A DNA stretch of 64,000 nucleotides from Spirochaetales bacterium (GTDB lineage: Bacteria > Spirochaetota > Spirochaetia > Sphaerochaetales > Sphaerochaetaceae), in contig JBHCBD010000010.1 in assembly GCA_041798905.1 (NCBI GenBank), positions 23,200 through 87,199 on the forward strand. Direction: 5' to 3'. Each line of letters begins with the position of its first letter. Positions within the stretch are counted from its first letter, which is position 1. The position numbers and the translations under genes are program-made. This document shows, piece after piece, positions 42,887 to 55,722 of the stretch. The notes beneath the pieces are model-generated. The model saw only the letters and a program-made list of their open reading frames with translations, ran no database searches and was not told where the DNA came from.

Positions 42887-43474
42887 CTAATCAATTCTAA
42901 GCGCATTCAGCTGATCGTGCAACACAAAACGCACCGCTTCGGCGGATTCGGTGGAGAAGAATGTCAGCTGGAAGCAGTACGACTCAATCAGCACGACAAC
43001 CTGCCTTACAGCAAAAGCCGCATCGCACTTGCGTATCTTCCCGTCCTTCATGCCGAACCTGACAAGCCTCCTGAAAAGATGCTGAAGCTTGGCCGTTCTC
43101 CTGTAGACAGCCTCCTCCAGATTCTGATCTATCTTGCTTACAGCGGCTATCAGATTCTTTATCTTGTTGCGGTTGCGCAATGCCGTGTTCATTATATCAT
43201 CGCAGATGTCGAGGATTGCCTGCACCGGATGTGATTTCTCGGCCCATTCAATCTCGCTGTATTTGTGAAACATATCCTCGGTGGACTGCTTCAGGGCGAA
43301 ATAGTATATGTCCTCTTTATTCTTGAAGTACTGGTAAAGGGTAGCCCTGGAAAGTCCGCAGCCTTTTGCTATCAAGCTCAGGTTCGAATCATCGTAGCCA
43401 TCCTTGGCGAAGACATCAAGCGCCACTCTGAGTATCTCCTCCTTGCGCTTATCATGATCAACAACCTTCGGCAT
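42887..43474 (-). CDS. TetR/AcrR family transcriptional regulator
   Basis: 195 aa from MPKVVDHDKRKEEILRVALDVFAKDGYDDSNLSLIAKGCGLSRATLYQYFKNKEDIY, the canonical TetR HTH. It is probably co-transcribed with the M20 peptidase gene, 39 nt downstream. Confidence 0.9.
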   Translation of the reverse strand: MPKVVDHDKRKEEILRVALDVFAKDGYDDSNLSLIAKGCGLSRATLYQYFKNKEDIYYFALKQSTEDMFHKYSEIEWAEKSHPVQAILDICDDIMNTALRNRNKIKNLIAAVSKIDQNLEEAVYRRTAKLQHLFRRLVRFGMKDGKIRKCDAAFAVRQVVVLIESYCFQLTFFSTESAEAVRFVLHDQLNALRID

Positions 43475-43628
43475 GTCATTCTCCCTGCATGAAATATATA
43501 AATACCTTATCACATTATCTTTATCTGCACAATTGCATATTATGTCAAATAAAACACCACCCTCGGCGGTTCATCCAAGCCCGACCCGGCGGGGGCGGCA
43601 AGCCTGACCGGCAATCGGGCATCCATGC

Positions 43629-43665
43629 AAAAAAAATCCGGCCCGCCACGCAGGACAGGCCGGAT
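43629..43665 (-). terminator. Rho-independent terminator after metQ
   Basis: The minus strand reads ATCCGGCC-(14-nt loop)-GGCCGGAT followed by TTTTTTTT. It lies about 57 nt downstream of the metQ stop. Confidence 0.7.
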
Positions 43666-43721
43666 CATCTGAATCCAGAAATCATATGCCTGCGTGCAAG
43701 GCAGGCCAGGCAAAGCGCAGG

Positions 43722-44525
43722 CTAGAAAACCAGCACCACTTCGCCATTGGGATATCTGCTGGCCACCCAGTCCCTCACCTCCTGGCTCTGGAGCGCAGAC
43801 ACAAGCGCCTTGATTGCCGGCGCACCCTCATTGCCCTGCTTCACCGCAATGACATTGACATAAGGGCTGTCCGCACCTTCCACGAAGAGGCCGTCCTTTG
43901 TTGCAGTCAAGCCCGCAGGTATCGCATAGTTGCCATTTATCACAGCGGCATCGACATCCTGAAGCACGCGCGGAATAGTGGCCGCTTCCAGCTCGGAGAA
44001 CTTCAGCCCAAGCGCATTGGCGACTATGTCGTTGATGGTGGAATCAAGCTTGCTGGAATCCTTCAAGGTTATGAGCCCGGCGGACTGGAGAAGCAGGAGA
44101 GCCCGGCCCTCATTTGTCGGATCGTTGGGAATAGCGATGAGCGACCCGCTCTTAAGGCTCCCAAGTGCGCTGACCTTTTTCGAATAAACTGCAAGCGGCT
44201 CGATGTGGATTCCTCCTGCGTTTGCGAGGTGATACCCATGATCCTTGTTGAAGGACTCAAGATAAGGTATGTGCTGGAAGAAATTAGCATCAAGCTCGCC
44301 CTCTTCCAGGGCGGTGTTGGGCGTGACATAATCAGTGAATTCAACAATCTGGAGATCTATTCCCTGCGCAGCAAGGTCATCAACCACAAGCTTCAGCATC
44401 TCGGCATGCGGCTCCGGCGTGGCCCCCACTTTCAGAACGGTCTTTCCCGTTTCCTTTGCACCCTGGGCGAAAACAAATGCGACTGCAAGCAACGAAACCA
44501 GAACAATGGTGAAAAGCTTCTTCAT
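43722..44525 (-). CDS. metQ: Methionine ABC transporter substrate-binding protein (MetQ/NlpA family)
   Basis: 267 aa from MKKLFTIVLVSLLAVAFVFAQG (signal peptide, no lipobox Cys). The NlpA-family body includes LKVGATPEPHAE and FFQHIPYLESFNKDHG. An AGGAG SD is present. Confidence 0.9.
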   Translation of the reverse strand: MKKLFTIVLVSLLAVAFVFAQGAKETGKTVLKVGATPEPHAEMLKLVVDDLAAQGIDLQIVEFTDYVTPNTALEEGELDANFFQHIPYLESFNKDHGYHLANAGGIHIEPLAVYSKKVSALGSLKSGSLIAIPNDPTNEGRALLLLQSAGLITLKDSSKLDSTINDIVANALGLKFSELEAATIPRVLQDVDAAVINGNYAIPAGLTATKDGLFVEGADSPYVNVIAVKQGNEGAPAIKALVSALQSQEVRDWVASRYPNGEVVLVF

Positions 44526-44759
44526 AATATTACTCCTATAAACGCAGCAGCTGAATGCTGCATCCGCCCGGATTCCTCGCTGAACCGCTTCCTGACAGGA
44601 GCGCTGACAGACGAATCGATGGGCGGCGTATCCGGCGCAGCCAGACCTTGCCGGAATCGTGTTCTCAATCGTCTCGATCACAACGATTTGGAACGGACAA
44701 TGACAGCTCCCGCCGTCATTCACAAAAACAAAAAGATTAATCCAATGAAAAACGAATAG

Positions 44760-44828
44760 TCATGCCCTGACGGGCATCATCATGAGAGACATCATGCAGG
44801 AAATGAAATAGGAATTGAAAGCCTTCAT
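44760..44828 (-). CDS. Hypothetical 22-codon Met-rich mini-ORF (MKAFNSYFISCMMSLMMMPVRA)
   Basis: Hand translation. An AAGGAG lies 6 nt upstream of the ATG at 44828. The stop codon is embedded in the hairpin ATGCCC-GTCA-GGGCAT. There is no homology evidence, so it may be fortuitous. Confidence 0.25.
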   Translation of the reverse strand: MKAFNSYFISCMMSLMMMPVRA

Positions 44829-44858
44829 GACGGTCTCCTTGAAAGTGTTATCAGCACA

Positions 44859-45656
44859 TTAAATGTTTTGCTGTTTTTTTTCAACCCCTTTCGCACTGAT
44901 TTCCTGCATAAAAGGAAACATCTTTTTCAAAAATGTCTCATTGAGAAGATGGTTCGTCTCATATTCCCCATGATAAAAGACAGCCCAGTTGTTGAAAATG
45001 CAAGGAAGATTCTTGGCTTTCTCCAAAGTATCCACGGCAATCAAATTCAAAGGTATATTGTTCCCTTTGCAGTATTCTTGTACCTGTTCAATGCAGTTCG
45101 GAATGTATGGACATTGCAAGCCATAATAGATTGTCAGCTCCTGTTCGCTGATTTTCATTTTTTTTGCGGTTTCAGAAAAACATGGCTTTTCCCCATTGAA
45201 GGACAATGCCAGCAATTCATATTCATCTTTTACGGCATCCACGACTTCAAAACCATACTTGAGCAAAAAACCCTTGTCCGCTAAAAACGGTTTTTTCTTT
45301 TCAGAGCTAAGAACGCAGACACCCGATTTCCCTTTTTCCTTTGCATCATTGATGCAATGCTCAATCAGAGATTTCGCATATCCCTTGCCCTTGAAAGAAC
45401 CTGATACCCAAAGGCAATAAATGTACAAATAGTTGTCCCCATGAACGGGCACCCACGCAGTTTCCAACGGAGCATATTCAATGAAAACCTTCCCCTTTTC
45501 ATCAAGTTTCCGGAAAACATGCCCCTCTGCGATTCGCTCTCTCAGCCAATTCTTTTTTGCAGCCACTCCCGCTTGATGTTTCTTATCGGAAATCGCACAG
45601 CACAAATGCTCTTTGTCTATATTCTCAATCGTCAGGTCAATGAACTGCTCACTCAT
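44859..45656 (-). CDS. GNAT N-acetyltransferase with a YoaP-like C-terminal domain
   Basis: 265 aa from MSEQFIDLTIENIDKEHLCCAI (GGAGG SD). It has a GNAT core (YIYCLWVSGSFKGKGYAKSLIEHC) and a C-terminal Cys-containing YoaP-type region. Its GC content is visibly lower than that of its neighbours. Confidence 0.75.
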   Translation of the reverse strand: MSEQFIDLTIENIDKEHLCCAISDKKHQAGVAAKKNWLRERIAEGHVFRKLDEKGKVFIEYAPLETAWVPVHGDNYLYIYCLWVSGSFKGKGYAKSLIEHCINDAKEKGKSGVCVLSSEKKKPFLADKGFLLKYGFEVVDAVKDEYELLALSFNGEKPCFSETAKKMKISEQELTIYYGLQCPYIPNCIEQVQEYCKGNNIPLNLIAVDTLEKAKNLPCIFNNWAVFYHGEYETNHLLNETFLKKMFPFMQEISAKGVEKKQQNI

Positions 45657-45717
45657 GCTTTTACCTCCATGAACATAGCGCAGCCATATTGTAACAGCCA
45701 AACCTTGACATCTTGTG

Positions 45718-46638
45718 TCATCGTTTGTTCTTTTCGTATATTTTCTTCGCTTCTTCAGATAGGATTTCCTGCAGATAGGCAGGCTCAACCACCGTAACCT
45801 GTGTTCCAAAAGAAAGCAGATAGCCTATCAGCCAGTCATCCTCCGGCATTTCGGAAGAAACGATGAGGTCCCCATTTTCTGTTTCTTCTATTTCGCTTGC
45901 TTCAAATTCATCATATACACGATATGCCATTTCCTTTGGAAAGCAAAGGGATATTTTGTTGTAGCTTTTCTTTGATTCATCTGCTGATTCAGGATATTCC
46001 ATCGGTGCAAATTCCTCTGGCAGCATTTGCATTTCAAGAATACGATTGAATTTGAAAATACGGAAATCAGCTTTATCAACGCAGTAAGCCTTGATATACC
46101 ATGCCTTTGCCCGATACATCATTTTAAGCGGATAGATTTTTCTCTGACTTTTATTTCCATAAGAGCTTGCATACATGATACATACCGCTCTGTGGGAGAT
46201 AACCGCATTTTTCAGCAGTTCAAAGGTGATGTTGTCCTGTGTTTTGCTTCCCCAACGTGAAAAATCCACTTCGAACCAATTATCAGAATTGATATTAAAG
46301 AGAGCGGATAACTTTGTCAGCATATCCTTTTCATAAGCATTGCCCGCAACCGATACACTTTGCAAAGCAGCTAATATGTCCTGCTTCTCTTTTTCGGAAA
46401 GAAAGACCTTATCCAAAACATAGTCTTCAAGTATCTGTATGCCGCCATTTCTTCCCGTTGTCACATAAATAGGAATACCCGCACTGCTTATCACATCTAT
46501 ATCACGATAAATTGTTCGTACCGACACTTCAAATCTTTCTGCCAGCTCCGAGGCTGTCATACGCCCATTTTCCAAGATGCAATAAACTATGTTGAATAAT
46601 CTGCTTCCTGTCAAAAGCCCTCCAGCATATCGCAGCAT
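45718..46638 (-). CDS. YafY-family HTH-WYL domain transcriptional regulator
   Basis: HTH_11 region (RLFNIVYCILENGRMTASELAERFEVSVRTIYRDIDVISSAGIPIY) and a WYL region (KIYPLKMMYRAKAWYIKAYC), with a C-terminal WCX-like part. The chosen ATG at 46638 overlaps the metI TGA (TGATG); the exact start is uncertain. The gene is low in GC. Confidence 0.8.
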   Translation of the reverse strand: MLRYAGGLLTGSRLFNIVYCILENGRMTASELAERFEVSVRTIYRDIDVISSAGIPIYVTTGRNGGIQILEDYVLDKVFLSEKEKQDILAALQSVSVAGNAYEKDMLTKLSALFNINSDNWFEVDFSRWGSKTQDNITFELLKNAVISHRAVCIMYASSYGNKSQRKIYPLKMMYRAKAWYIKAYCVDKADFRIFKFNRILEMQMLPEEFAPMEYPESADESKKSYNKISLCFPKEMAYRVYDEFEASEIEETENGDLIVSSEMPEDDWLIGYLLSFGTQVTVVEPAYLQEILSEEAKKIYEKNKR

Positions 46639-47300
46639 CAGCGTCTGCGAAGGAGCGCTGCGCTTATCGCATTTCCGATGACCTGTATAAGCTCCACCAT
46701 CAGTAGAATGACAATCACTGCCCCCAGAAGGACATCGGAGCGCCATCGCTGGAACCCATATCTTATCGCCAGATCGCCAAGCCCGCCGCCCCCTATCGTG
46801 CCGGCCATAGCCGAATATCCAATCAGGTTTATGATTGTCAATGTCATTCCTGAAACAAGCGCGGGAAGCGCCTCGGGGATAAACACCTTGATGACAATCT
46901 GCCAGTTTGTCGAACCCATCGACCTGGCTGCCTGAATCACTCCGCGGTCAACCTCTTTCAACGCAGTCTCTATGACCCTTGCGACAAAAGGAGCTGCGGC
47001 TATCGAAAGCGGCACAATGGCGGCCTCTGTCCCTATGCTGCGTCCCAGAATCATCCTTGAAAGCGGAAACAAGACTATCATAAGTATCAGGAACGGGAAA
47101 GAGCGCAAGACGTTCACAAGGCGTGAAAGGACTTCATTAAGAACCCTCATCGGCTTTATGCCGCCTTGTTCCTCCGGGGCGCTTATGCAGAGCAGCACCC
47201 CAATCGGAAAACCGAGGATAAGAGAGAAGACCGTTGAGAAGAAAACCATTATCACAGTCTGCCAGGCGGCTGTCCCCACCAATTCAACGATTTCCTGCAT
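46638..47300 (-). CDS. metI: Methionine ABC transporter permease
   Basis: 220-aa ORF, MetI-type (5 TM segments, EAA-like loop EAARSMG). It overlaps metN by 17 nt. Confidence 0.92.
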   Translation of the reverse strand: MQEIVELVGTAAWQTVIMVFFSTVFSLILGFPIGVLLCISAPEEQGGIKPMRVLNEVLSRLVNVLRSFPFLILMIVLFPLSRMILGRSIGTEAAIVPLSIAAAPFVARVIETALKEVDRGVIQAARSMGSTNWQIVIKVFIPEALPALVSGMTLTIINLIGYSAMAGTIGGGGLGDLAIRYGFQRWRSDVLLGAVIVILLMVELIQVIGNAISAALLRRR

Positions 47301-48303
47301 CGGCTTCCTCCTCGTCCACGACTATCCCCTGCCCCCTGAGATAAGAGATCGCCTTTTGCTTATTCTCCTCATCCCCTGTGATATCACAGATGATTGTGCC
47401 AATCTCCTCGCCTTCGACATGCTGAACCCCTCCGGCCCTTATGTTCACCTCGACCGGCAGCAGGCGCGACAGCTTGCTCAGCACGGGAGTATCAGTCATT
47501 CCACCGCGGAATCGCAATGTGTAGCGGCCGCCTTTCCTCGACCATCTGACCAAATCCTTGTCCTGAGATTCCACCGTCATAAGGTGAGCAAGGAAATCCT
47601 TCGTGACAGCGCTTCTCGGATGGGCGAACAGCTCGGAAACAGCCTCTTGCTCGACCACCCTACCTTCATCAAGCACGGCAACGAAATTGCAGCTGTCCCT
47701 GACGACCTCCATCTGGTGGGTTATCATCACCACAGTGAGCCCCATTCTTCTCTGAATGTCCTTGATAAGGTCAAGTATAGATCGAGTCGTCTGCGGGTCA
47801 AGGGCGCTTGTGGCCTCATCGCAAAACAATATCTCAGGCCGGTTCGCCAAGGCTCTGGCAATCGCCACCCTCTGCTTCTGACCGCCGCTGAGCGTGCTTA
47901 TGGGCGCATCTATCCTGTCCTCAAGCCCCACGAGGGCCATCAGCTCTGCGACCCTGGCCTTTATTTCCGCAGAAGGCATCCTGCATATCTCCAGCGGATA
48001 TGCGACATTCCCGCCAGCCGTCCTCGAAGAAAAAAGATTGAAGTTCTGAAAAATCATGCCTATATGCCGGCGTTGCTCAATGACCTCATTCCCCAGCAAT
48101 GCATCGACCCTTCTGTCGTCAAACCATACGCTTCCTCTGTCCGGCTTCTCCAGAAGGCTCATGATTCTCACCAGAGTCGATTTACCGGCTCCGGATCTGC
48201 CTATTATTCCGAATATCCTGTTTTCAGGAATCTCCAGGGATATGCCGGCAACAGCATGCAGCCCGCCGTAATTCCTCTCAATATCTCTAAGGCTTATACG
48301 CAT
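47284..48303 (-). CDS. metN: Methionine ABC transporter ATP-binding protein with a C-terminal NIL domain
   Basis: 339-aa ORF with Walker A GRSGAGKST, the signature LSGGQKQRVAIARAL and Walker B ILFCDEATSALD. A C-terminal NIL-like domain is present. Confidence 0.94.
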   Translation of the reverse strand: MRISLRDIERNYGGLHAVAGISLEIPENRIFGIIGRSGAGKSTLVRIMSLLEKPDRGSVWFDDRRVDALLGNEVIEQRRHIGMIFQNFNLFSSRTAGGNVAYPLEICRMPSAEIKARVAELMALVGLEDRIDAPISTLSGGQKQRVAIARALANRPEILFCDEATSALDPQTTRSILDLIKDIQRRMGLTVVMITHQMEVVRDSCNFVAVLDEGRVVEQEAVSELFAHPRSAVTKDFLAHLMTVESQDKDLVRWSRKGGRYTLRFRGGMTDTPVLSKLSRLLPVEVNIRAGGVQHVEGEEIGTIICDITGDEENKQKAISYLRGQGIVVDEEEADAGNR

Positions 48304-48425
48304 TGAAATCGCTTCCTGTCAGTTTTATGTCAAACATCACCCTTCCCAGCCTTCCTGCCGGGAATCGGCTCTAAGCAGAACACAACGCAATAATACAAAA
48401 ACCAGAGGAAATGCACAAGCGCAAG

Positions 48426-49105
48426 CTATTTCACACAGCAAAAGCAGGCGATTGATTTCACACTGGACACATCGGCATGAGAATACATCACGCCAAGCCT
48501 CTCAGTCAGGCTGGACAAGCTCTCGAAAGGCGGGGTTAAGAAACCTCTTCTTTCATATGCATTTCTTATCCATCGGTCAGTTCCTGTCCGCGCTCCCGTA
48601 ACATAGAAGCCGCCGCAGAAGATGCCGTCCTTCCTGAGAACACGATATGTCTCCCTGTATGCCGCTTCCTTGTCAGGAAATGCATGAAAACCATTCAACG
48701 ACAAAACCAAGTCGAAGCTTTCGTCGCCAAATGGCAGGCAGCCGATATCTCCCTGCTGAAAACGCACGTATCCAGCCCCACTCTCTGCGCCATCCGGCGT
48801 GCGTTGTCCAGCATATCCATCGAATAATCAACGCAAGTTACCTCCGCCTGCGGCAATGTCTTGTACAACGGCATGGTCAGGATTCCAGTCCCAACAGGCA
48901 CTTCAAGCATCTTGCCTGAAAAGCCATACGGCACTCCGCGAAGCGCTTTGCATACCCAGACTTCATTATCTTCAGGCGAACACCCCCAGACAATGCGGTT
49001 GATAGGCTTCCCCGGCCAAGTCGTGCAGGTGATCATTCCATCATAGAATGAACCTGACTTTCCAAGGACTTGATAGGCCTTTTGAATCTCCTGCGGCCTG
49101 TTCAT
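48426..49105 (-). pseudogene. Class I SAM-dependent methyltransferase interrupted by a frameshift
   Basis: Two overlapping ORFs in different frames. The 136-aa ORF carries motif I (LEVPVGTGILT). The 113-aa ORF carries the continuation (VRFQQGDIGCLPFGDESFDLVLSLNGFHAFPD). The frames switch near 48760-48775. Confidence 0.7.
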
Positions 49106-49239
49106 CCGTCCGTTCCTCCTTTGTTTTTCCCTTTGCCCTCTCTTAATCCCCGCTTTTCTGCAATGATAGCAATTGCCTCTTATCCGCCATCCCTTATCCG
49201 TTATGCCTCTTCCGTAAAATCGTCATTCTGTCCAACCAG

Positions 49240-50031
49240 TCATTTTGTGCCAATCAACAACATCGAGCCGTCAAGGAACAGCCGTTTCGCCTCTCTGCGG
49301 CTCATGAACACTCCATTTGCCGTATCAATCAGCTCAACCTTCGCATACCCCATATCAAGAAGCTTCTTCCTGAAAGCCCCCATATCGCCGTACCGCCTGA
49401 ATGTCATGATATCGTGAATCGCAAAGCAGCCGCCTTTCTTCAACAACCTCAATGTCTCCAGCAGCAGATCCTGCTTGTTTGCCAATGCGATATTGTGGTA
49501 GACGTAGTTGCTTGTCACAGCGTCAAAGCTGCCGTCCGGGAACTCAAGCTTAGTCGCATCGCCTTTCAGGAATCTCGCATTATCCGCATGCTCCGCAACG
49601 GCATTCCTTTCGCAAAGCAGCTTGCTGAAAGAGCTGTAATCCTTGCCCCATCGGTCAAGGCCCACCATCATAGCCTGCTTGTTCCGCTTGGCGCAGGCAA
49701 TGGTCAACGCACCGCTGCCGCAGCCGACATCAAGCCCCACGCCGCCGGGGGGCAGCTTGACATGGCTGGCTACTCCCTCGATTATCTGGCGCGAAAGCTG
49801 CCGTTTTCCCGTGTATGAAAAAGCCCGATGCCAGGAGATTCCCAAGAAAAAGAACACAACGCAGAAGACAAAGCCCAGAAGGAATACAATCAACAACAAA
49901 ATCCTGACCGCGCCGCTGACCCACAGGCCCATCACGCCGAAAATCAAAAGCAGGGCAAAACACGCAAGCGCTCCCGCAGCAAGAGACAAAACCATGCCGC
50001 GTGGCACCCAGTTCTTATAATCAGGAAGCAT
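49240..50031 (-). CDS. Membrane-anchored class I SAM-dependent methyltransferase
   Basis: 263-aa ORF with two N-terminal TM helices, then motif I (GLDVGCGSGALT) and the post-I/II pattern (GDATKLEFPDGSFDAV). Confidence 0.8.
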   Translation of the reverse strand: MLPDYKNWVPRGMVLSLAAGALACFALLLIFGVMGLWVSGAVRILLLIVFLLGFVFCVVFFFLGISWHRAFSYTGKRQLSRQIIEGVASHVKLPPGGVGLDVGCGSGALTIACAKRNKQAMMVGLDRWGKDYSSFSKLLCERNAVAEHADNARFLKGDATKLEFPDGSFDAVTSNYVYHNIALANKQDLLLETLRLLKKGGCFAIHDIMTFRRYGDMGAFRKKLLDMGYAKVELIDTANGVFMSRREAKRLFLDGSMLLIGTK

Positions 50032-50121
50032 TCACGCCCTCCTTGCCCCCTTGTCCGCAGCCAACCAAGCATTCACAAGTTTCTGAAGTCTTGCTGCCTG
50101 CCATGTTGAAAGGAAAGCCAA

Positions 50122-50137
50122 CGAAGATTCGGTTAGC
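50122..50137. promoter_or_regulatory. Perfect 16-bp palindrome GTTAGCATATGCTAAC (candidate operator)
   Basis: Read directly from the sequence. It lies about 90 nt upstream of the methyltransferase start at 50031 and downstream of the rRNA operon end. Confidence 0.3.
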
Positions 50138-50327
50138 ATATGCTAACTAAATATAGTTATAGCACCCGCCTTGCAGAAATGTCAATGGAATGGATGGCGC
50201 AAAGGCAAGAGGCCTTCCGGCCCTCGGGAAGGCTGCCAGGCTTGGGAAACCGCCTTCGGATGCGTCTCAGAAAGCGCCTGCAGGGTGCGCCTTCCAGAAA
50301 GGCACGGGCATCCGGGCATGAAAAAAG

Positions 50328-50441
50328 GCCCGGCGGCGACCTGCTCTCCCGCACCGCAGTGCAGTACCATCGGCGCATGGGCGCTTGACTTCCGTGTTCG
50401 GGATGGGAACGGGTATGGTCGCCCAGCTGTGGCCGCCGGGC
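50328..50441 (-). rRNA. rrf: 5S ribosomal RNA
   Basis: The minus strand reads GCCCGGCGGCCACAGC...CCCGTTCCCATCCCGAACACGGAAGTCAAGC...GCCGATGGTACTGC...GGGAGAGCAGGTCGCCGCCGGGC. A 10-bp terminal helix is present, followed by a T6 run. The ends are accurate to a few nt. Confidence 0.9.
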
Positions 50442-50523
50442 CGGCCTCCGTCCGGAGGGGCGAACATCTTCGCCCCTCCGGGGGAGGCCCCCCTGCTGTC
50501 CTCGGGGATGGGAGCGGCAATAT

Positions 50524-53474
<2,951 letters not shown>

Positions 53475-53554
53475 ATATCATCTCTCCCATCCCTAACGCT
53501 GTCCGCCCGCCATCAGGGCGGACGTCATGTAAAAAAACAACAATTGGGACTGAT

Positions 53555-53628
53555 AAGACTTGAACTTATGACCTCTTGCTTATCAGGCAAGCGCTCTAAC
53601 CACCTGAGCTACAGTCCCAATCAAACAG
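53555..53628 (-). tRNA. tRNA-Ile (anticodon GAT) in the 16S-23S spacer
   Basis: Folded by hand. The acceptor stem is GGGACTG/CAGTCCC, the anticodon stem-loop CTTGC-CTGATAA-GCAAG and the T arm ATAAG-TTCAAGT-CTTAT. Confidence 0.92.
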
Positions 53629-53740
53629 AGACATTAAAGAAGAGAAGGGAAATTGCATGAGGGAAAATGCAGGACTTCCACCTGCCGGACAACGTCCTCA
53701 GTCATGCCCCGGCTGTGAGACCGGGGCGCCCTTTCTTCCC

Positions 53741-55280
<1,540 letters not shown>

Positions 55281-55548
55281 TGTTACGCCGCGGATCGCTC
55301 CGCGGTCAACAATCTAAAAAGCCTCTCCCAGTCCTCTCAACATCAGCTTTTCTTTCTGTTGTTCTCGAATTGACTTGGAAGCCCTCATGCTTCCTTAGAA
55401 CATTCATTCTGCCCGATTGAACCAACAGCCTCTTAGGCAATCGTTCTTCTCGACCTTCCCTTCTCTTCTCTAATATCTCTGCAAAAAATCAAACAAGAAG
55501 GACGAATCCTTCAAAATCAGCCAAGACGTTTTCTTAGCGTGCCCGATT

Positions 55549-55578
55549 AAAATACCAAAAAGAGACATTCAATGTCAA
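55549..55578 (-). promoter_or_regulatory. Candidate rRNA operon promoter
   Basis: The minus strand reads TTGACA, an 18-nt spacer, then TATTTT. An AT-rich UP-like tract lies upstream, and the element sits about 270 nt upstream of the mature 16S 5' end. Confidence 0.45.
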
Positions 55579-55722
55579 CATCCAAAATGCAAATTCAACT
55601 AAATATTGGACAAAACGCCGCACCATCCGATTTTCGGCCGGAAAAGCTGGTTCACAAAAACCGCCGCCTGGTTTATTCTTCGGTTAATCGGGATGAATAT
55701 CCATCATTATATAGGAGTGAAT

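Noticed and set aside
43686-44759. 357-aa plus-strand ORF.
   Set aside because: It is antisense to metQ and its leader, and the sequence has no motifs. MetQ homology on the minus strand explains the region.
46972-48306. 444-aa plus-strand ORF.
   Set aside because: It is entirely antisense to metI and metN, which have clear ABC transporter motifs. It has no recognisable domain and no SD.
48304-48425. Possible S-box or T-box leader upstream of metN.
   Set aside because: The spacer is only about 120 nt, and none of the conserved S-box or T-box sequence elements could be found by eye.
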